Shown: positions 18,821 through 33,506 of the stretch, piece after piece
Layout: every line of letters starts with the position of its first letter
Position numbering within the stretch: position 1 is the first letter of the stretch
DNA from: the human T2T-CHM13v2.0 reference genome, Homo sapiens
Reading direction: 5' to 3' (one strand)
NCBI RefSeq assembly: GCF_009914755.1
Contig: NC_060931.1
DNA length: 64,000 nucleotides
Program-made: the position numbers and the translations under genes
The notes under the pieces: model-generated
The model's input: the letters and a program-made list of their open reading frames with translations, nothing else
Databases searched by the model: none
Told to the model about the DNA's origin: nothing

Positions 18821-18959
18821 AATGCCTAAAATGAGAATCATATTTAAGTTCTTTTAAGGGCAAAACCCATGTCATTTTCAACCTAGCAAATCTTGAAAAA
18901 TCCACTTTATTAATCAATAAAACTTTCCTGCCCTTTTAAGGGCCACTTGTAGATAGTTT

Positions 18960-19297
18960 TATGTGTATATATGTATATGTGTGTGTGTATGTATATATAT
19001 ATATATATATATATATTTAGACAGAGTCTTGCTCTGTCACCCAGGCTGGAGTGCAGTGGCGCAATCTCGGCTCAGTGCAACCTCCGCCTCCTGGGTTCAA
19101 GCAATTCTGCTGCCTCAGCCTCCTGAGTATCTAGGATTACAGGCACGCGCCACCACACCTGGCTAATATTTGTATTTTTAGTAGAGATGAGGTTTCACCG
19201 TGTTGGTCAGGCTGGTCTTGAACTCCTGATCTCGTGATCCGCCAGCCTCGGCCTCCCAAAGTGTTGGAATAACAGGCTTGAGCCACCGTGCCTGACC
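18960..19297 (-). mobile_element. AluS with (TA/TG)n tail
   Basis: Alu consensus 19017-19297 preceded by a dinucleotide repeat. Confidence 0.9.
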
Positions 19298-20192
19298 TCT
19301 AATTTTTTAATCTTTTATTTTCTTTTAAATATTATTGTAATATCTATTTCAAATATACAGAAATATCTAAATGTGTGTTCATTGATATAGCATATCTGTG
19401 TGGTTATCATGAAATACAAAGTAGTTTTGATATTTTTATCCTCTTAGATATAACATGTTATTAAAAAGTAAAGGGAATAACATGTTAACAATTCACTCAA
19501 CATATTTTGCTTGCTTATGTTAAAATATAGTTTAAAAGACATCTATAAGAACATTTAAAATACATTTAAGATCTGTCAGTTCCATTTGCTATAGTGAAAT
19601 ATTCATCATGTTTCTATTACCTGAATGTATGCTATCAAGCCCTTCTGAAATGTATGTAATGCTGACAAAAGTACAGTGCTGTATCACAATGCTTAAAGGG
19701 GGAACAAAACACAGATAAATACAGTCATGGATGGAAAAGCTAACACTTTGGTAAAAGTTACTGCATAGATACATGAGATTGAGTCAATATCACAGCCAAA
19801 AGCTCTGGGATGCAGGGCAGCCTGGAGGCCCTTGACATAGGGTATGGGAGCTAGACGGAGTCAAAGACAGAATGAAAGTCTGAATAGGAATGTTTGCTTT
19901 AGAAAATGACTTCTTTCTAGCATGAAAATACGAGAGTGTTTTCTCTTATTAGACGAAGGTGTAGTCTCTATGGAGAGAGGAAATAAGTGAATACATTCAC
20001 TAGTGATGCAGGAGAACAAAGGGTCACTGAATTTAATTAGACATTGCATACTATTCGTATACATGCCACAAATACCATTAAGAACCTGAACCTTGGAACC
20101 AAACAACTGATGTGCTAACAGATTAATGATGTATTGTTCCTTCTCCTTAAGTTTTCTACAAAAGAGATTGTGAATGAAGTGAGATTACTATT

Positions 20193-20558
20193 TGTATTAG
20201 TTCATTCTTACACTGCTATAAACAAATACCTGAGACTGAGTAATTTATAAAGGAAAAGAGGTATAATTGGCTCACAGTTCTGCATGGCTAGGGAGGCCTC
20301 AGGAAACTTACAATCATAGCATAAGGGGAAGCTGGCACATTTTACATGGTGGCAGGAGAGAGAGAGAGAGTGAGCGAGAGTAGGTGGAAGAGCCCCTTAT
20401 AAAAATCATCAGATCTCATGAGAACTCATGATCATGAGAACAGCATGGGGAAAACTGCCCCCATGATCCAATCAGCTCCCACCAGGTCCCTCCCTCAACA
20501 CCTGGGGATTACAATTTGAGATGAAATTTAGGTGGGGACACAAAGCCAAACCATATCA
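20193..20558 (-). mobile_element. THE1/MST solo LTR, perfect TSD CTATT
   Basis: TGTATTAG...CCATATCA termini; CTATT on both sides. Confidence 0.9.
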
Positions 20559-21350
20559 CTATTTTAGAGCTTCTTTTATTAAAACATTAAATATTTATAG
20601 TTTGATCTTAATATCTTCAGGTTATTTCAGAATTGTTTGGGGATGTGAATAGCTCTAAATTTATTATGTTAAAACTATTTATTAGTTCATATTAGCTTTA
20701 AACCTACTCTCTTATAAGATTACATGTTGTCTTGTACAGTACTGCCTGGTTCTTACTTTCTCTGATGGCTTAGTAGGCCACTTCTTTAGTTACAAGCTCA
20801 AGGCAAGGCATGAAGGACCTTGTTTGCAAAGGAGAGAATGATGTACAAATGATGTCATTCTCATATAGTTCATATTTTACAGCAGCACAGAACTAAAGCA
20901 GTTACCTGCTTGCTCACCCACAGCCTCTTTTTCAAAGGGAAACTGCTCCTTTTCAAGGCTTTACTGAGGTAGATGAGTCTGTTCTATACCATGTGACCCT
21001 TCCCCATCATATTCACTGGATGCAACTGCAGCCTATAAGACAGGACCCAAAGGATGCCAACTCACAGGTTTACTACAGACCCACTGGCTTAAAAATATAT
21101 GCAAGGTCCAGTTGGATCCCTCTTTTGGAAATCTGGAATTTAAAAACCGAATGACTGAGCTAATTAACAGAGGAAGCTGAAGATTCATAATGTAGAGAAA
21201 CTTAGGGGCCTATTTGTAAACTGAGATATAAGGTTTGGCTGGGAGAGAGAGTTTGAAACAGATGCCATTCAGGAGGCAGTTGACATGAGGGAGCCTCTTT
21301 TCCAGATGTCTTCCAGAACCAATTACTATGGGGCACAACTGTACTGCAAC

Positions 21351-21636
21351 TTTTTTTCTTTTGTGACAGGGTCTCACTCTGTTGCCCAGGCTGGCGTGCA
21401 GTGGCGCAGTCATGGCTCACTGCAGCCTTGACCTAGGCTCAAGAGATCCTCCCACTTCAGCCTCCTGAGTAGCTAGGACTAAAAGCAACGACTACCATGC
21501 CGAGCTAATTTTTAAATTTTTTGTAGAGATGGGATCTATGTTGCCCAGGCTGGTCTCAAACTCTTGGCCTCAGGTGATCCTCCTGCTTTGGGCCCCCAGA
21601 GCGTTGAGATTACAGGTGTGAGCCACTGTGCCTGCC
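21351..21636 (-). mobile_element. AluJ-like, TSD TGTAC(T/C)GCAACTT
   Basis: Diverged Alu; TSD. Confidence 0.9.
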
Positions 21637-21872
21637 TGTACCGCAACTTCTGTGTTTGGATTCCCGAGACCCTGGTTTGAGCCTTTCAGTTCTGTTCTTC
21701 CCTGTTTCCTTTCTTGAGCTGGATTGAGTTTCTGTTCCTTGCAACCAAAAGAACCCTAACTCAAATCCTCTCTTGCATTAAAATGTTGCTTTGGTCACTG
21801 ACTGAAACCTTAGGCATGTGCCATGGTAGTGATGAGAATGAAACACATTCTAAATTTGGAAACAACATACCA

Positions 21873-22173
21873 TTTTTTTTTTTTTTAAAGACACGGTCTC
21901 ACTTTGATGCCCAGGCTGGAATGCAGTGGCACGATCTCAGCCCATTGTAGGCTCTACCTCCTGAGCTCAAGCAATCCTCCCACCTCAGACTCCTGAGTAG
22001 CTGGGAATACAGGCACGCACCACCATGCCTGGCTGATTTTTTTTTTTTTTTTTTTCTAGAGACAGGGTTTCACCATGTTGGCTAGGCTAGTCTTTAACTC
22101 CAAAGTTCAAGCAATCTGTCTACCTGGTCCTCCCAAAGTGCTGGGGTAACAGGCATGAGCCACTGCAACTGGC
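21873..22173 (-). mobile_element. AluJ-like
   Basis: Diverged Alu consensus. Confidence 0.9.
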
Positions 22174-22575
22174 AGGATGAGCTAATGATTGTTTTGATTT
22201 TCTAAATGAAGCATGTGATGAGATCCTCATCTTGGGCAAGCGGGAAGGAGAGGCAGGAAAGGAAGGGAGGAGTGAAAGACAGAATTTGAGTGTGGGGTTA
22301 TGAACTTACTAGAAAAATACAGTAACACTGCTGGGCTCATCTGATTTGTGGTCATGAATTTATAATCAAGTCTGTCCAATCGTGATTTTTTTCTATTCTA
22401 CCGGCTCTTCTGATGTAGGAATAGAAAAGGCAAAGAGATATTTGAATTCAACCAGGAATGTAATTTAGGCAAGTGAGAACAATAGGCAACAGAGCAATGT
22501 TGTTCACAGTTTTACCGGAGAATGATTATTATGGTCCAGAAAGTCAGAGTAAGGATGGACGTGAATACAGAAAGG

Positions 22576-22736
22576 GTACTGTTTTTCAGATTTTGAAATA
22601 TCTGCAGTACACTTAACAGCTGAGCATCCCCAATTCAAAAATCTGAAGACTGAAATGCCCTAGTGAGCATTTCCTTTGCGTGTCATGTTTGTGCTCAAAA
22701 AGTTTCAGATTTTGGAGCATTTTGGATTTTCAGATA
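22576..22736. mobile_element. Tigger4-like DNA transposon fragment
   Basis: TGAGCATCCC...AAAATCTGAA...TTTCAGATTTTGGAGCATTTTGGATTT motifs. Confidence 0.65.
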
Positions 22737-22739
22737 GTC

Positions 22740-24798
<2,059 letters not shown>

Positions 24799-25713
24799 CT
24801 ATATCATAGTGACTTCATATGTTGTAAAATGGTTTTCTATAATCTTGACGTTTTCTTCAGATAGCCAGTTTTCCTGCTTTAGCTGCCTTATAAGAGCTTC
24901 CAAAGACTTCAATCTACCTAGAGTTTGTTGCTCTTTTAACTCTAGAAGAGTTATCTTTGAATGTAGCTTAGAGACTTTCTGCCAAAGATGTTCCTTATTT
25001 ATATCTTGTCTGCAGTAAGAATGTTCGATTTGTAAAACTTCTGTCCCATAGTCTACATCCTTATACAAGGAGTCTTCAATGTCTGTGTCTTCCATTTCCG
25101 TGGTTTCTTTTTGTGCAGATATAAAAGAATTAACTGAGGGTTTAGAATTTTCAGCAGGTACAAAAATGGCAATAACAGATTCTTTATTTGTGTTTAATTC
25201 TTCAACTGTTTGATTAATTGTGCTGAATAAGAATGGATTTTCCTGTGCTGACTTTATTTCCATGGAATTACTTGTAAAGTTTGGATTAGCAAGATGACTG
25301 GTAGTTACTTCAAGAACTTCTTGAGTTTCCAAAGATTGATGAATACTTTCTGAATTTGAAGTTGTCAAAGTAATAGTTGTAGAATTTAGATTCTCAAAAC
25401 ATGTGTGAAAACCACCTCTACCTGTATCTTGGTTAACTGATGTTTCCAAGGTAGATTCTGGTTTCCCAGTATGTTGTTTAACTAGATTAAGAGTTAACAT
25501 GTTATTTTGTATACTTCCTGTTTTGGGAGCTGGTGGCTTTACCAAGGAAGATGAATGAAGTAATTCTGGATGTTGATGGGGCACATCTGTGTTAACTATA
25601 TTTTTCTTTGTCTCATTTAATACAAATGATTCTTCTGACTTGGCTTTTGGGCATACTTCTTTCTCATCTTCCAAGTTTTTCTTCTGGGATTTTTTTTTAG
25701 AAGGGTCTTTTCC
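24799..25713 (-). CDS. THAP5: THAP5 coding exon 3 (GKDPSKKKSQ...YEVTMI*), with HCF-1-binding motif EHSY (25015-25026) and C-terminal coiled coil
   Basis: Acceptor TTTCTAG|GGA; in frame with the 291-aa track ORF; 80+193+915 nt = 395 aa + stop. Confidence 0.96.
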   Translation of the reverse strand, partial: GKDPSKKKSQKKNLEDEKEVCPKAKSEESFVLNETKKNIVNTDVPHQHPELLHSSSLVKPPAPKTGSIQNNMLTLNLVKQHTGKPESTLETSVNQDTGRGGFHTCFENLNSTTITLTTSNSESIHQSLETQEVLEVTTSHLANPNFTSNSMEIKSAQENPFLFSTINQTVEELNTNKESVIAIFVPAENSKPSVNSFISAQKETTEMEDTDIEDSLYKDVDYGTEVLQIEHSYCRQDINKEHLWQKVSKLHSKITLLELKEQQTLGRLKSLEALIRQLKQENWLSEENVKIIENHFTTYEVTMI

Positions 25714-25930
25714 CTAGAAAATAATATTTTCATGTTCTGAAAAAGATGACTTTTATTGGCTTATTATGCTAGTGCTATTTAATTATAATATTGAGTAGTA
25801 CACTGGCCAAGCAAATTTATTTAGTTAAAAAAAAGCTCAGAGTATATATACCTTAAAGTATTTTCTAAAAAGCATTAATCCCATTCAATATACGGCAGAA
25901 ACATTTCAGATCATTCAAAAGACTAGTATA

Positions 25931-26202
<272 letters not shown>

Positions 26203-26437
26203 TCATGAACTTGTGTTAATAACTTAATAATGTATATCTCTTGCTTCTCTTAAGCTGTGCTTCATGAGTTTAATTTTTTTTAATTATCACTTTTAGTAAA
26301 AGCACAAATTAGTGCTCCCTTTTTTCCAAGTATCTGTTTACCCAAGTTATAGTTCCCTCTTACTCTCCCACCTGATCACCTGCCACCCTGAAATCTGCCA
26401 CTCTGCTCAGCATTACCCCTCTCCCATACTGCAATAC

Positions 26438-26630
26438 CTGATTGTCTTCAGGCAAAGAAAATATTGTTGGAACTGCAGTTTGTTTTAAATATCGAATACC
26501 CCATCTGATGTCAAGAGAGTCAGGAGTAAAATGGTCACTACATAGAAACTGGTATTTACTGGGAACCCATGAATCTCGCTTCATATTCTTTAACCACTTT
26601 TCCAGTCTTTCTTTGTCATGTAGAGGAAAT
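26438..26630 (-). CDS. THAP5: THAP5 coding exon 2 (FPLHDKERLEKW...LCSDHF...AVPTIF...EDNQ)
   Basis: Pyrimidine tract + TTCCAG acceptor; donor CAG|GTATTG; 193 nt completes the phase-2 codon; THAP hallmarks FP, W, CxxHF, AVPTIF. Confidence 0.97.
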
Positions 26631-28816
26631 CTGGAATTTAAAAAAAAAAGAAGAAAAAAGGAAAAACTTTGCTATATTTTTACAATTTTGCCAAATTCCC
26701 ACCCTATATATCTGGGTAACCTATGCATCAAGTAAGTACTACAAGAGGAAGGCAACCATCCCTACCAAATAAGAGCATCTTCATGACAACTAGTACCATT
26801 ATCATCTCTGCAGTAAGAGGCCTAAGATGTAAGACATGTAGCCAAGGCTCTTATCTGATAAGAGCTGAACATAATTCAGAGTCCCTTCAAGTAAAATATA
26901 TGTGTTCCTATAAAGGACAAAATCTATTTGTATTTTCTATGGATTATGTTCCATTTTTATATTGCTGTACAGTTTGCCTAGAACTAGAAAAAAGGTTTGT
27001 ATAAATTATAAATTCCTATTCAAATGTATTTCATAATACCACCACATGTCAAATGGCTTGTTGTCTATAATTCAAGGCAGTATTAAGCTTTACAATCTTA
27101 TTTAATATTTAAAAAATAAGATGTTATTTCAAACAAATGATTTAGCTGAAAAAGTACTGAAAATATTCTCTTTACTAGCATCATCTTTAATTCTATCTAT
27201 AAGTAATCTAGTCTAATAGTACTACACTTCTATAACCAATGAACTGGGAACTCCAAATTTCAAGTTCTGAAGGAGAAACTGATAGAAGAAAAGAATGGAA
27301 CATGTTAAAAGGGACAGTCTCAGATATTTTATATGAAACAAATCAAATACAAATGGCAAGACAGCGCTGTATACATTTTGTTCCTGTACCTGACAATAAC
27401 CTGGATTTAAAGTTGGTGCTAACATTACAGTGTATGGCAGAATTTGATAGAAAATTTTTCCTATCAATCTAAAAAGGTTTGGGTCAAGGTATACAAAACA
27501 ATATTTGAAAATGGTTTATATTCCATTTGGTACTTTTCCAAGAACAGAGTCCAAGACACCACATAATTTCCTGTTTTTAAAAATAGTAACAATATAAGGT
27601 TTCTCATATAAAATGTAGCTGTTATACACTCCCTTCCCGCAATCCCAATCATTTAGCTTATGTTTTGTAGTAGCATCATTTTTTCCCCCTAAATTCTGGT
27701 AACTTTTTAAGATGCCATGGAAAGTCTGGGTACTCTGTAAGATATAACTTTTAATCCTGATATCCTCATACGGAAAAAAATCAGATAAACTACCTTTGGA
27801 AATTCCAACCACAGAAGCAATATTAATCATGTTTTAAAAATATTTTAACTTTACAAATATTAGGTTGTAAGTATGACAAGCATAACCAGAAAAGGAATTT
27901 TAAAGGCAGACAAATTTTCTTTTAGAGGACCTGACTTCTTCTGGCCATTGGTAAATTCATTTCTTTTGTTACAACTGAAATGAGAATAGGCCTTTTACAA
28001 TAATGCTTTTTACTGTAAATTCATGTATATGGATGCTGTTTGCAAATTATTTCCATTGTACCTATATGCTAAGTTATCAACTCATTAAAAAAAACTTTGT
28101 GAATATCCTTATTGTTTACTGGATTGTATTGCTTCAATAGGTAAATCTCTAAGAAATCTTGATCATGTTTCCTGAATAAATTATGTCTTTATATTGGTTC
28201 AATTCATTTGATAATTTTGTTTCATTGTCTTATGTAATTCCCCAAAAGGCATAAGATAATCACAGTACAAACTGGACACTATATTAACTGAATTCCCAAA
28301 TTCATATACATTTAAACTACAGTTTGCTGTAGTGTTAACATGAGCAAATTCAATTCAAGTTTGACGCTACTGGAGAATAAAACTAATTCAATTTTTATTT
28401 TGTGGATTACACAAGAAAATTTTTTAAAAACCCTAGAAATAATACAACTTTTACTAAATTCACATTTTCAGTGAAAAAAATCTTTACAATTCACTTGCAT
28501 TATTTTTTCCTTCCTAAAAAGTTACTGTAAGGTCCACAAAGTTTAGTTAAAAATTTCAGTGTGGGGTTATACCCCATCTCCAATATCAAAGGCCAAATAA
28601 ATCTGGGAAATACGGGGTTAAATCAAGTTCAACATGATCTTTTGCTACAAACATTCTCAGAGATAGAGCCATTAGTACAGTAGTATTTCCCTATAAACTG
28701 AAAGTGGATTAGATTGTTTTCCTCCCCCAAACATCTCTTTGCATCTTGAGGCTGGGCTTCAAGGGAGACAATCCTGGAAATATTGCCATGGATTGTGAAT
28801 TACTTGGGGTTATCAG

Positions 28817-29110
<294 letters not shown>

Positions 29111-30097
29111 TGGGGTTATCAATTTTTTTTCCATTAATTAAAATACTGGAAAGCAGCCGAATCATTAATGAATAAGTCCTTCAGGTCTAAAGTAAAATGA
29201 GCACAAAACAACTGCTGAAAATCTGAACCAGGTTAGATCTAAATGAATTGTTTTTAAATACAAGAAAAAATGGAAATGCAGTATTTTAAATATGTTGCTT
29301 TTCATGTGTTATTAATCATGTGAGTACTATTAACATCTCCATGTTACAGATGAGATATGTGAGACACCAAAGCTTAAATACTTTCCAAGAGGTCATTAAG
29401 CTACAGAATAGTGGAACCAGGATCTAGCATTGAAGCCTGGACCCCTAATTATTATACGACACTGCTTGTCTGTACTTCTGAATAAAAATCAGTGCTTCAG
29501 TAGTTTGATGGAAATATATCGTGGCTCTAGTAATTCAGAGTAACAGAATAAAACCTTGTTCTCCGCAGAGTATCTACAGCCCTAAGCAGAAGACTAGTTT
29601 ATAATTCTGGCTCTGACACTAAACTTTCAAGGTCGGTTACCTAATCATTCCGGGCCTCAGTTTCCTCAGGAGAAAAGTGGGATGAAATTATACCTATGCG
29701 ACCTACCTCGCGGGGGGTGTAAATTAACTTTGCGTGCACCTTTCCACTTCGCAGGTTTCACGTATCTTAAATGGTGGTTAATGTTGCTCAATGAAATGAG
29801 ATCACGTGAAGTGGGGAAAAGACTGAAAACCACAGAAGCCCGCGCAAACTTTACTGTTTTAACTGTTAACACCCAAACAGGCTCCTGGGCCTCGCCACCA
29901 GCCAGCAGTCCTCGCGCAAGAAGGGCATTGCTAGCTAAACTGAACTAGCGCCTTCCCTCCGTCTTGCCGCGGGCGACGGGCCACGTACGGAGAGCTGAGG
30001 ACTCACTGGCAGAGCGGACAGGAGACACCCAAGCCCAAAGGCCACAGGTCCAAGGCCTCACGGCGAGGCTGACGCTTCTGCTCCAGAAACAACTTAC

Positions 30098-30177
30098 GGA
30101 TAAAAACTCAGCTTCCGGTCTTTATTGTTTCGTCCCCGGCGGTTCTTACAACAAATCGCTGCGCAATAGCGGGGCAT
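30098..30177 (-). CDS. THAP5: THAP5 coding exon 1 (MPRYCAAICCKNRRGRNNKDRKLSFY-P), N-terminal half of THAP zinc finger
   Basis: ATG at 30177-30175; M-x3-C-x4-C THAP start; donor CC|GTAAGT at 30097; 80 nt, phase 2. Confidence 0.97.
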
Positions 30178-30273
30178 GACTCGGGTGAGGCCCCTGGAGA
30201 CCGGGGCCGGCGACGGATGCAGGGCGGCCCTCCTCACTGAGGATGCGCCACAGGTCCAGGCCTCTCGAGCCCC

Positions 30274-30455
30274 TGCGCCTGCGCTAGCATTCTGCCGGGA
30301 AAGCCGCCTCGTCTGTCGACTCACTTCCGCCTCCTCCGGTTTAAGCACCGCCTTTTCGGGGGTTGAAGCCGGAAGTGGCGCACAGCCCTAGCAGCAACAA
30401 CAGTTTTCCACGTGCGCGTAGGGCGCCGGGATCACGTGGGGAGGCAGAAGCCAAT
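30274..30455. promoter_or_regulatory. Core motifs: NRF1-like TGCGCCTGCGC (30274-30284), divergent ETS/GABP sites (30322-30330 minus, 30369-30377 plus), CACGTG x2 (30409-30414, 30433-30438), CCAAT (30451-30455)
   Basis: Motifs read directly from the sequence; occupancy is inferred. Confidence 0.65.
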
Positions 30456-30479
30456 GGGGAAGCGTTTCGTGTAGGTCTT

Positions 30480-30711
30480 CTGAGGTGGTGGCGCCAGCGG
30501 CTACCTCCTGCCTGTGAGGAGCTGGCTGAGAGGGGACTGGGCGCCGGCGGGGAAGGAGGAGCGCTAGGTCGGTGTACGACCGAGATTAGGGTGCGTGCCA
30601 GCTCCGGGAGGCCGCGGTGAGGGGCCGGGCCCAAGCTGCCGACCCGAGCCGATCGTCAGGGTCGCCAGCGCCTCAGCTCTGTGGAGGAGCAGCAGTAGTC
30701 GGAGGGTGCAG
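30480..30711 (+). other. DNAJB9: DNAJB9 non-coding exon 1 (5' end approximate)
   Basis: GC-rich, ATG-free segment in the CpG island ending in a strong donor CAG|GTGAGG at 30711/30712. Confidence 0.75.
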
Positions 30712-32334
30712 GTGAGGGACGAGGCCGGGGTCGTGGGGAGGGGAGTTCGGAGGGTCCCCGTAGCCCAGGCCTGTCTTTGTGAGCTGACTTGGCCTCGGTG
30801 TCCGCCACGGTCGCCGCAGGGACAATGGGCTGCATGTTTTTGGCCGAGAGAATGGAAGAACGGAGACAGCCGCATCACAGAATCGTGTTTTGGGTTGTGG
30901 CGCCGGCTTTCACGGGCGCCGGATTAGAGCCCGGGTCTCGGGCAGCTTCTGCGGCGGGGCCTGGGCGGGCAGGGAAAGTGCCAGTCGCCTTTAGGTGAAG
31001 GTTGGAGGGTCTAGCCCAGCCGCCCACCGAGGCTGGGGAATAAGGCACGGGCTGCTGGCTGGCGGGGCCGTCTTGGGGATGAGAAGTCTGTACAATACAA
31101 AACTAGTCTGCTAAAAAAAAATCATTAGATGTCCACCTTGAGACCGTGGAATAACGTCTGCTGAACCAGTGAGGCGCCTCCCTGTCAGTTTTAGATCCGC
31201 CCTTTGACTAGGGAGCAACCTGCAGTTGACGCAGCGTCCATGGGACACACTGTTGTGTTCCTTAAACCGAGAAGTGGTTCTTGATTCTTGGTACCCGTGA
31301 CTACGAGTAACTCTCTGGAAATAAGTAATCTACCTGCCTGCTAATTACTCTCAGGAAAGGCCGCTGGAGAGGAAGCCAGGCAATTTCCACAAACCGTAGT
31401 GTTTTTCGTCAGCCTTATTATGGCATTATAGGTTACTAAGGACTCTGGTGGTCCCGTATTCAAAAAACAGGATCCATCCCTTCGTTTTGAATCTCAAGTC
31501 ATTGAATACATATTGTCAAGAATTCTAAGTTAACATTTCTTTAATGGTTTAAAGGTAAAAGAAATATTTTAACTACTGAGTTTGTGAAAGTAAGAATCTG
31601 CCTTAACCACAGTACAAACTATCAAAGTTCATTTTTCTGGCAGCTTTAGCAGAAATCTTAAATTCTGTTCATCATGAGTTTTAAACAATATTTAGCCATG
31701 CTTCCTGGTTAAACATTTGGGATCTTACATTTGGGAAAAAGACAACATTCTATTGTATTGTCAGTATTAGTATTGTGATATTAAGATTCTCTATTTGCAG
31801 TCCTTGGCTCACCTGCTGAAATGAAAGCTGAATTTTTGGAGCGAGATTAATAATACTAATTTAGATATACTGGGCTATTTACCTTGGTGCGCCACCTTTT
31901 TTTTTTAATGTTTTTTTTTTCTGTGAAGTTAAATACATTATTACTTTCAGGATATGAAGTCTTGAAAGGAAAGTTGGGATCTTATATTATTTGGTTTTCT
32001 TTTTTTTTCTTACAATGCTTGCATATGATGAATCTTCAATATAAACTGGTTAAAAGTCAGTTATTGATAATTTTCTATCTCCTCTGTGTATGGCCAGAGT
32101 ATTAGTAGACAGACAAAGCCAAGAATTATTTTTGTTCTCAATAAGGTTAAGCCAGTTTGAGAGTTATAAAACTAAAAGTGAAATTACATGTGGACAGGTA
32201 ATAGATACTGTATGCTTACTATTTTGATACTGCATTAGGTTTACCTTGTGTTGGATTTCTTTTAAAAGAAAAACGTTTTAAGATTAGCTCCATCCATAAC
32301 ATTTTTTTTTCTTTTCTGTTTTAGGATATTAGAA

Positions 32335-32551
32335 ATGGCTACTCCCCAGTCAATTTTCATCTTTGCAATCTGCATTTTAATGATAACAGAATTAATTCTG
32401 GCCTCAAAAAGCTACTATGATATCTTAGGTGTGCCAAAATCGGCATCAGAGCGCCAAATCAAGAAGGCCTTTCACAAGTTGGCCATGAAGTACCACCCTG
32501 ACAAAAATAAGAGCCCGGATGCTGAAGCAAAATTCAGAGAGATTGCAGAAG
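32335..32551 (+). CDS. DNAJB9: DNAJB9/ERdj4 coding part of exon 2: signal peptide + J domain with HPD (32494-32502)
   Basis: Acceptor TTTTAG|G at 32324/5; ATG 32335; hydrophobic leader then SYYDILGV...KYHPDKN; donor AAG|GTAAAT; 217 nt. Confidence 0.98.
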
Positions 32552-33506
32552 GTAAATAAATGACAATCTCTGAAGTGTCATGGGTATTAACTAGTAAGGA
32601 GAATGATAGCTAAGAAGTGTTTGTATTTGAAGGTTTTGTGGAGATGGGAGGTGGAGTGGGATTTATGTATAAATATTGGGTGATTCTCTGAGATTATTTT
32701 CTTATCACAGATGCTTTGATTCCTGAATAAATATATGAAAGAATAATAGATAATTTTATTGGTATACGTATCTAAAAATATTGAAAATCTATTCTATATT
32801 ATTTATAAGATCACTGTTGCTTCTATGACAAAAAAGAATTTTAGGTACCCAAAATTCTTATCAACTAACTTATGAAACAGAATATTTTACATTTTAAACA
32901 TTAAAGACTTAAAAATTAAACTAGACTCTAAAGTGCTTTATTCACTTGATCTGCTTTTCAAAGCCATATTTGTCTTCAAAGAAAAAATTGGAACAAATTT
33001 TGACTTCAGACTAGCTCTAAAACAAATTGCACCTGCTGAGCATTCAGTAATTATTGTTGGATGGAGGTAACTGAGTAGGGAGTTAGAATTAAACAGTTTA
33101 CTTTAGTAAGGAGGTGCAAAATCTTAATTCCTATTAATTGGTTATAGTTGATGGTTTAATTTTTTAATACAATTAATGATTTCACACGAATAATATGAAG
33201 ATTAAAGAACTCTGATTGTTGCCCACATGTTTATTTGTAGTAATGGTAACATTTAATAACTTTATTGAGTATTGCAGATGGCATTGTGCCAACTGCTGAT
33301 AACTCAGCAGTTAATAAGACAGTTTCTGCCTTATTTTATAATTTTGATTAACTTGATGCTTATATTTGTAGTGTTTTGCTTTTATTTCTGATGCGAAATT
33401 CTTCCCTAAAATAATAGTATTCAGTTCACTTGCTTGAAGAGATTTGAATATATGTAATTTTGAATATTTTACCTTCAGTTACTAAAAATATTTTTGTCAC
33501 TTTCAG

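Larger units (their letters stand above)
29690..31330. promoter_or_regulatory. CpG island / bidirectional promoter of THAP5 and DNAJB9
   Basis: Abrupt high GC and CpG density covering both first exons. Confidence 0.92.

Noticed and set aside
27222-27830. Short ORFs in THAP5 intron 1
   Set aside because: No recognisable homology or supported splice structure; lengths within chance expectation
30094-30348. 84-aa ORF suggesting an N-terminal extension of THAP5
   Set aside because: Starts at a non-ATG codon; THAP domains normally begin at the extreme N-terminus, matching the ATG at 30177
30408-30470. Canonical ERSE (CCAAT-N9-CCACG) or ERSE-II
   Set aside because: Spacing and orientation do not fit (ATTGG-N11-CCACG on minus); only ACGT cores and a CCAAT box are supported
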